Assembly: GCA_045645065.1 (NCBI GenBank)
Contig: JAZRIB010000013.1
Coordinates: 230 to 64,229, forward strand
DNA from: Candidatus Enterousia sp.
GTDB taxonomy: Bacteria > Pseudomonadota > Alphaproteobacteria > Rs-D84
Direction: 5' to 3'
Length of the DNA stretch: 64,000 nt
Of the stretch, positions 1 through 9,838 are shown piece after piece (position 1 is the stretch's first letter; the number at the start of each line of letters is the position of its first letter). A model generated the notes under the pieces. It did no database searches. It saw only the letters and a list, made by a program, of their open reading frames with translations, and had not been told where the DNA came from. Position numbers and translations under genes: made by a program.

Positions 1-1160
1 GCAAACCATGTTCCGTCAGGCATTTTTACGCATGGGATTACATGGCCAGATTTACCGTTTAACAGGTGGTCAAACTTTGTGCTGTTCAAAATACTGATGT
101 CTTCTTCGGGTATTGCTGACAGGGTTTTATTTACTGCCAAAAACGCATCCGCGGCATTTGCACAAGATGTAAAAAAGCGATATTTTATAATGTCATCACC
201 AGTCAGCTCAAAACGCATATTATCAAGATTTCTCAGGTCGGGTTCTTGTGTTTTTTTGTATTGTTTGAATTGCTCTTCATCTAGTGATAGCATTGTTTTA
301 AGTTCGTTCAAAACAGATTGTTCAAATTCTTGTTGGTTGTATTCTTTTTTACCAGATTTAAAATCTTTAATATTTTTCAATATAAAGACGGTTAGAATAT
401 CGTTATAATCTTCGTTGGATTTATATTTTTCGTTTTCTTCTTTTGATAACTTTTTTTTGACATTGTTTAGCAGCCCCCTGAAACCATTTTTATTATTGTG
501 TAATATTTTCAGTATTTCTTGAATCTTGGCTTGTTTTTCTCGTGCCTCTGGATTTATTTGTGGATTTTTATATACCTGGGCTAATTTTTCCTGACTGTCA
601 ATCTGGGCATGTTCAATAGGTGTTAAGATTGCTGTGATTTCATAATCCGTACGACCATCCCTGCGATTATAAGAAATCTTTTCGCCAACGTTGCATTTGC
701 CGTTTATAACTGCTTTTTCGTATGTTTCACGACCGCGCCCTGGGTCAATCAGTTGTTGGTGGCCATCTGGGAATTTTACAGCAATAATTTGATGGCCGTT
801 TGGCTTATCTTTGTCTTTTTCGGCAATATCAACCATTGCCACAATATTGACATATAAGCCCATTTCGCTGGCATATTTGGCAAACACATCTGCACGACCA
901 GAGCAACCAACAACCTGTGATGGGATTTTAAGTTTTATGATTTCTTCGGCATCAGAAGAAAACATGTTTATATGTTTGTTGCCAGTTTGTTGACGGTACA
1001 TATCCAACAACCAGTTGCGCAAACCATGACGGTCTTGTTTATACTTTTCTGGGGCATTCTCGTCAAACTTATCCTGCCAGAATCTATCAGCATCTTCAAA
1101 ATGCTTATGCACTTTGGCCAGCACACCGTTAATTTTTGCGATTATTTCTTCGTTGGTCAT
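1..1160 (-). CDS. hypothetical protein with two putative transglutaminase-like/papain-like cysteine peptidase cores (C-terminus lies outside the window)
   Basis: Absent from the ORF track because it has no stop inside the window. Manual minus-strand translation from ATG at 1160 (MTNEEIIAKINGVLAKVHKHFEDADRFW...) stays open for 386 codons to base 1. Two Cys...His...Asp patterns: VVGCSGRADVFAKYA...GHQIIAVKFPDGHQQLIDP and FTSCANAADAFLAV...GHVIPCVKMPDGTWF. Confidence 0.6.
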   Translation of the reverse strand, partial: MTNEEIIAKINGVLAKVHKHFEDADRFWQDKFDENAPEKYKQDRHGLRNWLLDMYRQQTGNKHINMFSSDAEEIIKLKIPSQVVGCSGRADVFAKYASEMGLYVNIVAMVDIAEKDKDKPNGHQIIAVKFPDGHQQLIDPGRGRETYEKAVINGKCNVGEKISYNRRDGRTDYEITAILTPIEHAQIDSQEKLAQVYKNPQINPEAREKQAKIQEILKILHNNKNGFRGLLNNVKKKLSKEENEKYKSNEDYNDILTVFILKNIKDFKSGKKEYNQQEFEQSVLNELKTMLSLDEEQFKQYKKTQEPDLRNLDNMRFELTGDDIIKYRFFTSCANAADAFLAVNKTLSAIPEEDISILNSTKFDHLLNGKSGHVIPCVKMPDGTWF

Positions 1161-1178
1161 AATCTTTCCTTTGCATTG

Positions 1179-1187
1179 ATTATACCA
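1179..1187 (-). promoter_or_regulatory. extended -10 element (TGgTATAAT) for the 1..1160 gene
   Basis: Minus strand reads tggtataat about 20 nt upstream of the ATG at 1160, followed by aaaggaaag as a possible RBS. Confidence 0.4.
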
Positions 1188-1190
1188 TAC

Positions 1191-1214
1191 TGCATCACAG
1201 TTTGCATCACAGTT
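1191..1214. repeat. perfect tandem 12-mer (tgcatcacagtt x2) over the -35 region of the 1..1160 gene
   Basis: tgcatcacagtt at 1191-1202 is repeated exactly at 1203-1214. Confidence 0.8.
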
Positions 1215-1340
1215 TTTGGCGTTTTGGGGTCGTGGGGCAGGTTTGGGTTGGAATTGCATACCCCGAATAAAATAAAAACAGCCCGCCCCGCACAGGTGGC
1301 ACACCAAACATAAAAATCAAAAAAGCAGGAAAATCCAAAG

Positions 1341-1366
1341 AAAAAACGCACCGTTTGGTGCGTTTT
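1341..1366. terminator. intrinsic terminator-like hairpin
   Basis: Stem cgcacc/ggtgcg (1347-1362), loop gttt, A6 upstream and T4 downstream. Confidence 0.55.
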
Positions 1367-1427
1367 AAACGGGTAGCCATTGTCGGACCAACACCTGTTG
1401 GTTCTTGCGTCCACCACCGCAATCCAT

Positions 1428-1459
1428 AAAAAAAACACCGGCATTTACCGGTGTTTTTT
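1428..1459. terminator. bidirectional intrinsic terminator downstream of tRNA-Val
   Basis: Stem caccgg/ccggtg (1436-1453), A8 upstream and T6 downstream. Confidence 0.75.
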
Positions 1460-1467
1460 ATTATTTC

Positions 1468-1544
1468 TGGTGGGTGGTATTGGACTCGAACCAACGACCT
1501 TTACGATGTCAACGTAACGCTCTAACCAACTGAGCTAACCACCC
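1468..1544 (-). tRNA. tRNA-Val (anticodon GAC), CCA encoded
   Basis: The reverse complement folds as a 77-nt cloverleaf: acceptor GGGTGGT/ACCACCC, D stem GCTC/GAGC, anticodon stem TTACG/CGTAA with loop TTGACAT, T arm GTTGG-TTCGAGT-CCAAT, then ACCA. Confidence 0.93.
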
Positions 1545-1616
1545 TTTTAGCCACCTGATTATATCAGACATTTTTCTAATTGCAAATAATAAATGTTTGG
1601 ATATTTATTAGTACAA

Positions 1617-2966
1617 CTATTCTTCTTTTTTCAAGAATTTTTCCAACCATTTATTATCAAAGTTTAATTGTTTTACGTCTTTGTTCGCCAATAATTTTTG
1701 TTGTAATGGGATTGTTGTTTTTACCCCTTCGATAACAAATTCATCCAACGCACGTGTTGCACGCATAATGCATGCTGGACGATTTGGCGCATGAACAATT
1801 AACTTTGCAATCATAGAATCATATGTTGCTGGGATTGTATATCCAGTGTATGCCGCACTATCCACGCGAACCCCCATACCACCCGATGGTGCATAAAGTT
1901 TTATTGTACCTGGGTTTGGGATAAATGTTTCTGGGTCTTCGGCATTGATACGGAATTCGATTGCGTGTCCATTTGGAATAACGTTTGATTGAGTGTATCC
2001 TAATTTTTCACCGCTGGCGATACGAATTTGTTCACGCACCAAATCAACCCCATAAACCATTTCAGTCACCGGATGTTCAACCTGCAGGCGTGTGTTCATT
2101 TCCAGGAAATAGAACTTTCCATCTTCGAACATAAATTCAAAAGTACCCGCATTTGTGTATCCCATTTTCTTAGCCGCCGATTTGCATATTTCTATCATAT
2201 CATCGCGTTGTTTTTGTGTTAAAACTGCGGCGGGACATTCTTCCATAACCTTTTGATTTCTGCGTTGCAATGAACAATCACGTTCGCCAAATATGACAAC
2301 GTTTCCGTGCTTGTCCCCCAGGACTTGGAATTCAATATGTCTTGGGTGTGTTAATAATTTTTCCATATAAAGTGTATCGTCACCAAACGCAGACAGTGAT
2401 TCATTTTTTGTTAACTGATACGCTTCGGCCAATTCAGATTCATCCAAAACTGCGCGCATGCCACGTCCACCACCACCGGCCGCAGCCTTTAACATAACAG
2501 GATAACCGATTTTTTGCGCACATTCGATTGCGTGTTCCAGACTTGTAATTGCACCATCTGATCCAGGCACAACAGGCAAACCACATTCCACAGCGGTACG
2601 TTTAGCATTAACCTTGTCGCCCATTTTTTCAATCATGTCTGGTGACGGGCCAATCCAAATCATTTTATGTTGTTCAACCTTGCGTGCAAAGTCAGCACGT
2701 TCAGACAAAAATCCATACCCTGGATGAATTGCATCAGAATTAGTTAACAATGCAGCAGTTAAAATAGCAGATTCGTTCAAATAAGAATCACGAACGGCTG
2801 CGGGTCCGATACATACGGATTCATCCGCCAACTGTACATGCATTGCGTCTTTGTCTGCGGTTGAATATACCGCAACGGTACGTATTCCCATATCGCGACA
2901 TGCGCGAATAATGCGCAATGCTATTTCTCCGCGATTGGCGATTAAAACTTTTTTTATTTGTGGCAT
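1617..2966 (-). CDS. accC: acetyl-CoA carboxylase biotin carboxylase subunit
   Basis: MPQIKKVLIANRGEIALRIIRACRDMGI..., ATP-grasp GGGGRGM motif. The track start at 2975 is TTG; the ATG at 2966 aligns with typical AccC N-termini and sits 1 nt after the accB stop. Confidence 0.95.
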   Translation of the reverse strand: MPQIKKVLIANRGEIALRIIRACRDMGIRTVAVYSTADKDAMHVQLADESVCIGPAAVRDSYLNESAILTAALLTNSDAIHPGYGFLSERADFARKVEQHKMIWIGPSPDMIEKMGDKVNAKRTAVECGLPVVPGSDGAITSLEHAIECAQKIGYPVMLKAAAGGGGRGMRAVLDESELAEAYQLTKNESLSAFGDDTLYMEKLLTHPRHIEFQVLGDKHGNVVIFGERDCSLQRRNQKVMEECPAAVLTQKQRDDMIEICKSAAKKMGYTNAGTFEFMFEDGKFYFLEMNTRLQVEHPVTEMVYGVDLVREQIRIASGEKLGYTQSNVIPNGHAIEFRINAEDPETFIPNPGTIKLYAPSGGMGVRVDSAAYTGYTIPATYDSMIAKLIVHAPNRPACIMRATRALDEFVIEGVKTTIPLQQKLLANKDVKQLNFDNKWLEKFLKKEE

Positions 2967-2967
2967 T

Positions 2968-3405
2968 TTATTCAATAACTACTAATGGTTGGTCAAATTC
3001 AACCGCTGCGCCGTCAGTTACCAAAATTTCTTTGACGACACCATCTTTGTCAGATTTAATTGGGTTAAATGTTTTCATGGCTTCGACCAAGGCAACTGTA
3101 TCGCCGGCTTTAACAGATGCGCCAACAGAAACAAAAGTTTTTGCGCCTGGTTCTGGGGCTAAATAAACAACCCCTACCATTGGTGATTTTAATGCATATC
3201 CGTTAATTTTTGCATCGGCTGTATTTTGTGTGTTTGTTTCTTGAATATTTGGTGCAGACACAGCAACGGTCGCAGCCTGTTGTTTTGATAAATGAATATG
3301 TTTACGATATAAACCGAACAAGAACTGACGTTCCAGGTTTAATTCTGTAATCCCCATGTCATCCATGATTTTTGACATAGATTCCACGGTTGCACGAAAT
3401 GACAT
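2968..3405 (-). CDS. accB: acetyl-CoA carboxylase biotin carboxyl carrier protein
   Basis: C-terminal lipoyl-like domain with biotinylation motif VEAMKTFN. Start trimmed to ATG 3405 (MSFRATVES), which removes the overlap with yidD. Confidence 0.9.
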   Translation of the reverse strand: MSFRATVESMSKIMDDMGITELNLERQFLFGLYRKHIHLSKQQAATVAVSAPNIQETNTQNTADAKINGYALKSPMVGVVYLAPEPGAKTFVSVGASVKAGDTVALVEAMKTFNPIKSDKDGVVKEILVTDGAAVEFDQPLVVIE

Positions 3406-3478
3406 TTTATAAATCCTTTTAATATTTTTCTTATCGCATTTATAAATTTTATCACAATGTACTGCATTGTCAAGTATA

Positions 3479-3724
3479 TCAGGGTACCGGGTCATATCCA
3501 AACCCACCACCTGGGCGACATCGCGAAATACGTTTTATTCCCATCCATGTACCACGAATTGTGCCATATTTTTCAATTGCTTGCCGTGTATATTCACTGC
3601 ATGTTGGTGTAAAACGACACGCAGCGCGTCCGCCAATAAACGGCGAAATGCACGTTTGGTACATTTTAACCAATCGAATTGCAATTCGTTTTATTAAATC
3701 GTGATTATTTTTCGGATTTTCCAT
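3479..3724 (-). CDS. yidD: membrane protein insertion efficiency factor YidD
   Basis: CRFTPTCSEYTRQAIEKYG...RCRPGGGFGYDPVP is the YidD signature. It lies downstream of rnpA, as is usual. Confidence 0.9.
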   Translation of the reverse strand: MENPKNNHDLIKRIAIRLVKMYQTCISPFIGGRAACRFTPTCSEYTRQAIEKYGTIRGTWMGIKRISRCRPGGGFGYDPVP

Positions 3725-4058
3725 TTTTATATGTTTTTTGAATCCAGTGTAATGCCTTACGCATGGCTGTGCGCCCTTCTTCGCGTGATGCTTTTAGTAT
3801 TGGTGCGCGCGCAACAAAAACATAGTCCATATCAGGCAGCATCATATCAGCATGAAAACGAATCCAGTCGCGCAATAAACGTTTTGCACGATTTCTGTCT
3901 ACGGCGTGTCTAAAAGTGCGCTTGGTCGCGACCAGTCCATATCGTGCATCGTTTGGAAAAAGTGTATGTTTTGCGCGCACGATAAAAAATGATGACAACC
4001 CCGACAAATCATCGGGTGTAATAGCGAAATCTGCATGATTTTTAATAGTCTTGCGCAT
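3705..4058 (-). CDS. rnpA: ribonuclease P protein component
   Basis: YGLVATKRTFRHAVDRNRAKRLLRDW matches the RnpA basic motif. It is paired with yidD. Confidence 0.88.
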   Translation of the reverse strand: MRKTIKNHADFAITPDDLSGLSSFFIVRAKHTLFPNDARYGLVATKRTFRHAVDRNRAKRLLRDWIRFHADMMLPDMDYVFVARAPILKASREEGRTAMRKALHWIQKTYKNGKSEK

Positions 4059-4173
4059 ACTCCTTATAATATCATATAAAAAAAATAGTCAAACTTTTTT
4101 TGTGTCCGCGCCTTGATTTTTAGCAATCCCCGTTTTATAGTGGTGTGAACGTATTTATTAATCATGATTTTAG

Positions 4174-5232
<1,059 letters not shown>

Positions 5233-5237
5233 AAAAT

Positions 5238-5262
5238 TCCGCCATGTGGCGGATTTTTTTTT
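5238..5262 (+). terminator. intrinsic terminator of mreB
   Basis: Stem tccgcca/tggcgga followed by T9. Confidence 0.8.
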
Positions 5263-5264
5263 AT

Positions 5265-5296
5265 AAAAAAACACCGGCAATTGCCGGCATTTTTTT
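5265..5296. terminator. bidirectional terminator (serves rpsO)
   Basis: A7, stem ccggc/gccgg with aatt loop, then T7. Confidence 0.75.
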
Positions 5297-5297
5297 A

Positions 5298-5570
5298 TTA
5301 TTTACGCAGACCTAATTTCTTAATCAGTTCTTCGTATTCAGCAACATCGTTTTTCTTGATGTATGCCAATAATTTTTTACGACGGTTAACCATCAGCAAC
5401 AAACCACGTTTTGAATGGTTATCTTTGTGATTAGCCTTCATGTGTTCTGTCAAATTGCGAATGCGCAATGTCAAACCTGCAACCTGGGCCGCAGCAGAAC
5501 CACCATTGTCTTTTTCAGTCGTTTTGAAATTTGCCACTACTTCGGCAATTTGTTCTTTTGTTACGGACAT
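5298..5570 (-). CDS. rpsO: 30S ribosomal protein S15
   Basis: LTLRIRNLTEHMKANHKDNHSKRGLLLMVNRRKKLLAYI is a typical S15 sequence. Confidence 0.95.
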   Translation of the reverse strand: MSVTKEQIAEVVANFKTTEKDNGGSAAAQVAGLTLRIRNLTEHMKANHKDNHSKRGLLLMVNRRKKLLAYIKKNDVAEYEELIKKLGLRK

Positions 5571-5591
5571 TTGTTTTTCCTTTTGTTTTTT

Positions 5592-6464
5592 TTATATTGT
5601 TCGTTTTGGGTGCAATTTTCCGTCCACGACCGTACCAATTCCAATGAACACGTCATCTGAATATACGCGGCGCAGACCGTCCGCACCCCCTGTCGCGACA
5701 AAGCCGCCATTTTTATACAAAGTGGCCGCCGTGCCGTCAAGATTCACAACCGGAATGTCCCCCAGTCCTGAATCAATTGGTTCCAAGTATTTCTTGAAAT
5801 CGCCACCATTATTAACCAGATTTTCTAAAAAATCAAGTTTTACTGCATTTTTTATTGTAAAACCATTGGTTTGGGTGCGCCTTATCATATCAACCGTTGC
5901 AACGCATCCACACATTTTTGCAATATCGCGGGCAATACTGCGCACGTATGTGCCGCGACTGCACCGCACGCGAAAATGCCAAGATTCATTGCGTACAGAT
6001 AAAAATTCCAGTTCAAAAATTTCAACCTCTCGTGCTGGTATTTCAATTTCACGTCCCCGACGCGCCGCATCATATGCACGCACACCATCAACATGAACAG
6101 CCGAATAAATTGGTGGCGTTTGCATAATTTTACCAATCATTTTTGGTATAACAGACAAAACCATATCTGTTGTCGGCACAATATTATCACGTGCAATTTC
6201 GTGGCCAGTTATATCCAGTGTGTCTGTTTCAAATCCAAATTGGCACGAAAAAAGATATTCTTTGATATTTGAATTTACGGCCTCGATAAACGGTATCATT
6301 TTGGTGGCGTTACCAATTGCAATTGGCAACACCCCAGATGCCATTGGGTCCAGTGTGCCAATATGTCCGAATTTTTTTGTATCAAACATACGCGCAATAC
6401 GTCCCCCTGCTGTTCGTGAAAACAGTCCAGAATCTTTGTCCAAGATAATAAATCCATCCGCCAT
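5592..6464 (-). CDS. truB: tRNA pseudouridine(55) synthase
   Basis: FGHIGTLDPMASGVLPIAIG catalytic Asp motif. It lies upstream of rpsO. Confidence 0.93.
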   Translation of the reverse strand: MADGFIILDKDSGLFSRTAGGRIARMFDTKKFGHIGTLDPMASGVLPIAIGNATKMIPFIEAVNSNIKEYLFSCQFGFETDTLDITGHEIARDNIVPTTDMVLSVIPKMIGKIMQTPPIYSAVHVDGVRAYDAARRGREIEIPAREVEIFELEFLSVRNESWHFRVRCSRGTYVRSIARDIAKMCGCVATVDMIRRTQTNGFTIKNAVKLDFLENLVNNGGDFKKYLEPIDSGLGDIPVVNLDGTAATLYKNGGFVATGGADGLRRVYSDDVFIGIGTVVDGKLHPKRTI

Positions 6465-6970
6465 TATTTTTCTTTTTGTATTGAAAATTTAAAACCCTTT
6501 GACTTGGTCAACAATTTGTAAAAATCCGAATCCTGTTTATTGCATTGCGGATATATTTGTTTCATTTTTTTTGTATCAAAGAACAATTTTTTTGTATCTT
6601 TGTCACCAACATATATTCCATGAAAATCAGATAAATTATTTGGTGTTGGCAAACGTGGTACGCTTGCAATTAACTCATCGTTTTCTTGATTATAAACAAC
6701 ATGTTTGGCAACCGTATACAATGGTGTTGATTCAGAATACAATTCAGTTTTTTTACCCGAAATAACACATTCACAATAAAAACCGATTTTAAACCATTGG
6801 TCATTTATACATGCTGTATATTTTTTTCCGTTATCATCAGTAGATACCCTGAAATCAAAATTTTTTATAAAATTCAACAGTGCAGATTGCGATTGAAATT
6901 CATATTTATTTGAATCAAGTCCTGATCTAAAAAAATACCTAGGTTTTATAATTTGTTTTTTATTGTTCAT
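6464..6970 (-). CDS. hypothetical protein (168 aa, Lys/Asn-rich, no recognisable domain)
   Basis: Intact ORF with an aaggaaa RBS, 9 nt after the mutS stop. Its stop overlaps the truB start (TAATG). Confidence 0.6.
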   Translation of the reverse strand: MNNKKQIIKPRYFFRSGLDSNKYEFQSQSALLNFIKNFDFRVSTDDNGKKYTACINDQWFKIGFYCECVISGKKTELYSESTPLYTVAKHVVYNQENDELIASVPRLPTPNNLSDFHGIYVGDKDTKKLFFDTKKMKQIYPQCNKQDSDFYKLLTKSKGFKFSIQKEK

Positions 6971-6979
6971 TTTGTTTCC

Positions 6980-9517
6980 TTAGTCAAATAAATTCAATTG
7001 TGGTCGCGCCCCAGATTCGATTTGAATCGTATTTGTATTTATTTTTTTCACGATTGATTTTTTTTCTGTTTGTAAAGAATTTGTTTCGCATATTTGTGTG
7101 TGCGATTCCAGGGCCGCCAACACACTTTCTGCGCGTGCAATTACCGATGTTGGCATACCTGCCATTCGTGCAACATGAATCCCGTATGAACGATTTGCAA
7201 CACCTGATATAATTTTATGCATAAACACAATTTCATTGTTATGTTCACGAACATCAATCGTCAGACATGATACATTTCCTAAACATCCATTTGATACCAA
7301 ATGTGTTAATTCATGATAATGTGTTGCAAACAATGTTCGTGGTTGCATCGTGTTCAAAAATTCCAGCACAGCCTGGGCGATTGCCATTCCGTCATATGTG
7401 GCTGTTCCACGTCCAATTTCATCAAATATAATAAATGATTTATCTGTTGTACGGTTCAATATGTTGGCGGTTTCACTCATTTCAACCATAAACGTAGATT
7501 GCCCCGCCGCCAGATTATCAGATGCGCCCACACGACTAAATAATTGATCGCAAACACCAATTATTGCACGCGTGGCCGGCACAAAAGACCCCAGATGTGC
7601 CAACACAACTATGATTGCATTCTGGCGCAGATATGTTGATTTACCTGCCATGTTTGGTCCAGTTAACAATGCAATTGCCTTTGCATTCAGATTACAATCA
7701 TTTTTAACAAAATTATCACCGCGTGCCCGCAAAACAGATTCTATAACTGGATGTCGGCCCCCAACAATATCAAACGCGCGGTCATTTGTAATACTTGGAC
7801 ATGTCCAGTTATATAAATCCGCAACATATGACAAAGAACACCAAACATCCGCATCTGCTAATAAATCAGCAGTTGCCAGTAAATCATCGGCGTTTTTACG
7901 GATGTCTTCTATCAGCGATGATATAATTTGTGCCTCTATTCCGGCGGATTTTTCTGCGGCACTTCGTACATCATTGTCTAAATCAATCAAACGCGCGGTT
8001 GTAAAACGCATATTGCCCGCCATTGTTTGACGATGGATAAATCCAGATTCTGGGTTCAACATAACTTCTGCCCGTGCAGATGGAATCTCGATAAAATAGC
8101 CCAGTATATTGTTGTATTTTATTTTAAGTGTATTGATACCGGTTTTTGCCACGTATTCAGATTGTAATGATGCAATTGTTTCTTTTGCGCCATTTGCTAA
8201 ACGACGCATGTTATCCAGACTGGCATCAAAACCATCACGAATTACATTTCCATCGCGGAAAAAAGTTGGCAATTCATCAGATAACGCATTACGCAATTTA
8301 AGTGATAATTCATCATGTGTGTTAATTGACGCAAACCGTGTGCCAAGTCCCAAATCCAGTTGTGACGACAATAATTGCGCCCCCGGCAAAGAAGCAATAA
8401 AATCAGAAATATTACGCATATCACGTGGTGTGCCACGACCAGATAACAAACGTGACAAACAGCGTCCTACATCTGGCACAGATGCCAATAATTTTTGCAA
8501 AGACAACAAAACGTTTTGGTTTGTAATCAGATGTGCAATGTGCGCTTGACGTGAACGTATTTCATCTGCGTCTGCTGACAAAGCACGTAAATATGCACGC
8601 AATTTTCGCGCCCCTGCGGCTGTTTTTGTGTTGTCCAAAACATCAATCAGACATGTTCCACCGTCATTAATCGGGGCGTCAATTTCTAAACTTTTCCATG
8701 TTGCAGAATCAATCAATAATTGTGCCCCAGACTTAAATTGATGTGGTGCACGAAATGTAATTGTTGCGTCACGTTGTGTGTTGAATAAATATCCTGCCAA
8801 CAAGCAAATTGCGTTATCGATATTTGTTGAAATCGTATCCATACGGACTACGCCACCGAAAACACGAGAAACAATTTGATCTATGTCTGTACGATGATAA
8901 AGTTTTTCAAACACAGCAGTTGTTTTGAATATATCACGAATCTGCATAATCTTGTCGTTTTCAGCCGCAGAAGATGGATATATAACTTCGGCGGGGTTTA
9001 ATCGGACTAAATCATCAATAATATCTGTTGTTTTTCCAACAAAGAATTCGCCGGTTGAAATGTCACATCCAGCAATATCAAATTCGCCATTATTAATTGG
9101 CATGACAGACACCAAGAAATTAGAATTTTTTGGTGTTAATAAATTTTCATCTGTTAACGTTCCAGGGGTTAATACACGGACAACCTTACGTTCTATATAT
9201 TTGTGTCCACGTGCTTTTGCTTCGGCTGGTGTTTCCATTTGTTCGACCAGTGCCACAGAAAAACCAGCACGCACCAATCGTCCAAAATAGTTGTCTGCTG
9301 CATGCCATGGGATTCCACACATTGGTATACTTTCGCCATCACCGTCTGTACCACGTGCGGTCAAAACCAATCCCAGATTTGAACTTATTGTTTTTGCATC
9401 TTCAAAAAAAGATTCATAAAAATCCCCCAAACGAAACATTAATAAAGCGTCTGGGTTTTCCGCCTTCATATCAACATACTGTTGCATCACAGGGGTTAAT
9501 TTATTTTTTTCTGCCAC
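6980..9517 (-). CDS. mutS: DNA mismatch repair protein MutS
   Basis: TPVMQQYVDMKAENPDALLMFRLGDFYE N-terminus, Walker A GPNMAGKST, and DEIGRGT. The start codon is GTG. Confidence 0.95.
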   Translation of the reverse strand: MAEKNKLTPVMQQYVDMKAENPDALLMFRLGDFYESFFEDAKTISSNLGLVLTARGTDGDGESIPMCGIPWHAADNYFGRLVRAGFSVALVEQMETPAEAKARGHKYIERKVVRVLTPGTLTDENLLTPKNSNFLVSVMPINNGEFDIAGCDISTGEFFVGKTTDIIDDLVRLNPAEVIYPSSAAENDKIMQIRDIFKTTAVFEKLYHRTDIDQIVSRVFGGVVRMDTISTNIDNAICLLAGYLFNTQRDATITFRAPHQFKSGAQLLIDSATWKSLEIDAPINDGGTCLIDVLDNTKTAAGARKLRAYLRALSADADEIRSRQAHIAHLITNQNVLLSLQKLLASVPDVGRCLSRLLSGRGTPRDMRNISDFIASLPGAQLLSSQLDLGLGTRFASINTHDELSLKLRNALSDELPTFFRDGNVIRDGFDASLDNMRRLANGAKETIASLQSEYVAKTGINTLKIKYNNILGYFIEIPSARAEVMLNPESGFIHRQTMAGNMRFTTARLIDLDNDVRSAAEKSAGIEAQIISSLIEDIRKNADDLLATADLLADADVWCSLSYVADLYNWTCPSITNDRAFDIVGGRHPVIESVLRARGDNFVKNDCNLNAKAIALLTGPNMAGKSTYLRQNAIIVVLAHLGSFVPATRAIIGVCDQLFSRVGASDNLAAGQSTFMVEMSETANILNRTTDKSFIIFDEIGRGTATYDGMAIAQAVLEFLNTMQPRTLFATHYHELTHLVSNGCLGNVSCLTIDVREHNNEIVFMHKIISGVANRSYGIHVARMAGMPTSVIARAESVLAALESHTQICETNSLQTEKKSIVKKINTNTIQIESGARPQLNLFD

Positions 9518-9541
9518 AACAAAATCCGTTTACTAAGATAA

Positions 9542-9739
9542 TTATTGATTTGTAACTTTTAGTGTTTCTATTTTTAATTCTGCTTCTTTTAACATTTGTT
9601 CACAATATGCTTTTAATTTTACACCTTGTTCATACGCAGCCACAGAATCAGCCAATGGTAATTCCCCTGATTCCATTTTTTTTACCAATTCCATCAGTTG
9701 TTTATATGCTTCTTCGAATGTAGGTTTATTTTCATCCAT
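9542..9739 (-). CDS. xseB: exodeoxyribonuclease VII small subunit
   Basis: FEEAYKQLMELVKKMESGELPLADSVAAYEQGVKL matches XseB. The ATG at 9739 has a G5 RBS, whereas the track start at 9775 is TTG. Confidence 0.85.
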   Translation of the reverse strand: MDENKPTFEEAYKQLMELVKKMESGELPLADSVAAYEQGVKLKAYCEQMLKEAELKIETLKVTNQ

Positions 9740-9797
9740 AATATGCCCCCATAATTTTACAGGCAAATGGTACAAAAAGATAATTGAATTTGCAAAT

Positions 9798-9823
9798 AAA
9801 AATCCGGCATTTGCCGGATTTTT
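9798..9823. terminator. bidirectional intrinsic terminator
   Basis: A5, stem tccggca/tgccgga, T5. Confidence 0.7.
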
Positions 9824-9838
9824 ATTGTTGTTTTACAT

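Noticed and set aside
1157-1494. Two 95-aa minus-strand ORFs (1157..1444 and 1207..1494).
   Set aside because: They run through the tRNA-Val gene, terminator hairpins and the promoter region of the edge gene, and their composition looks non-coding.
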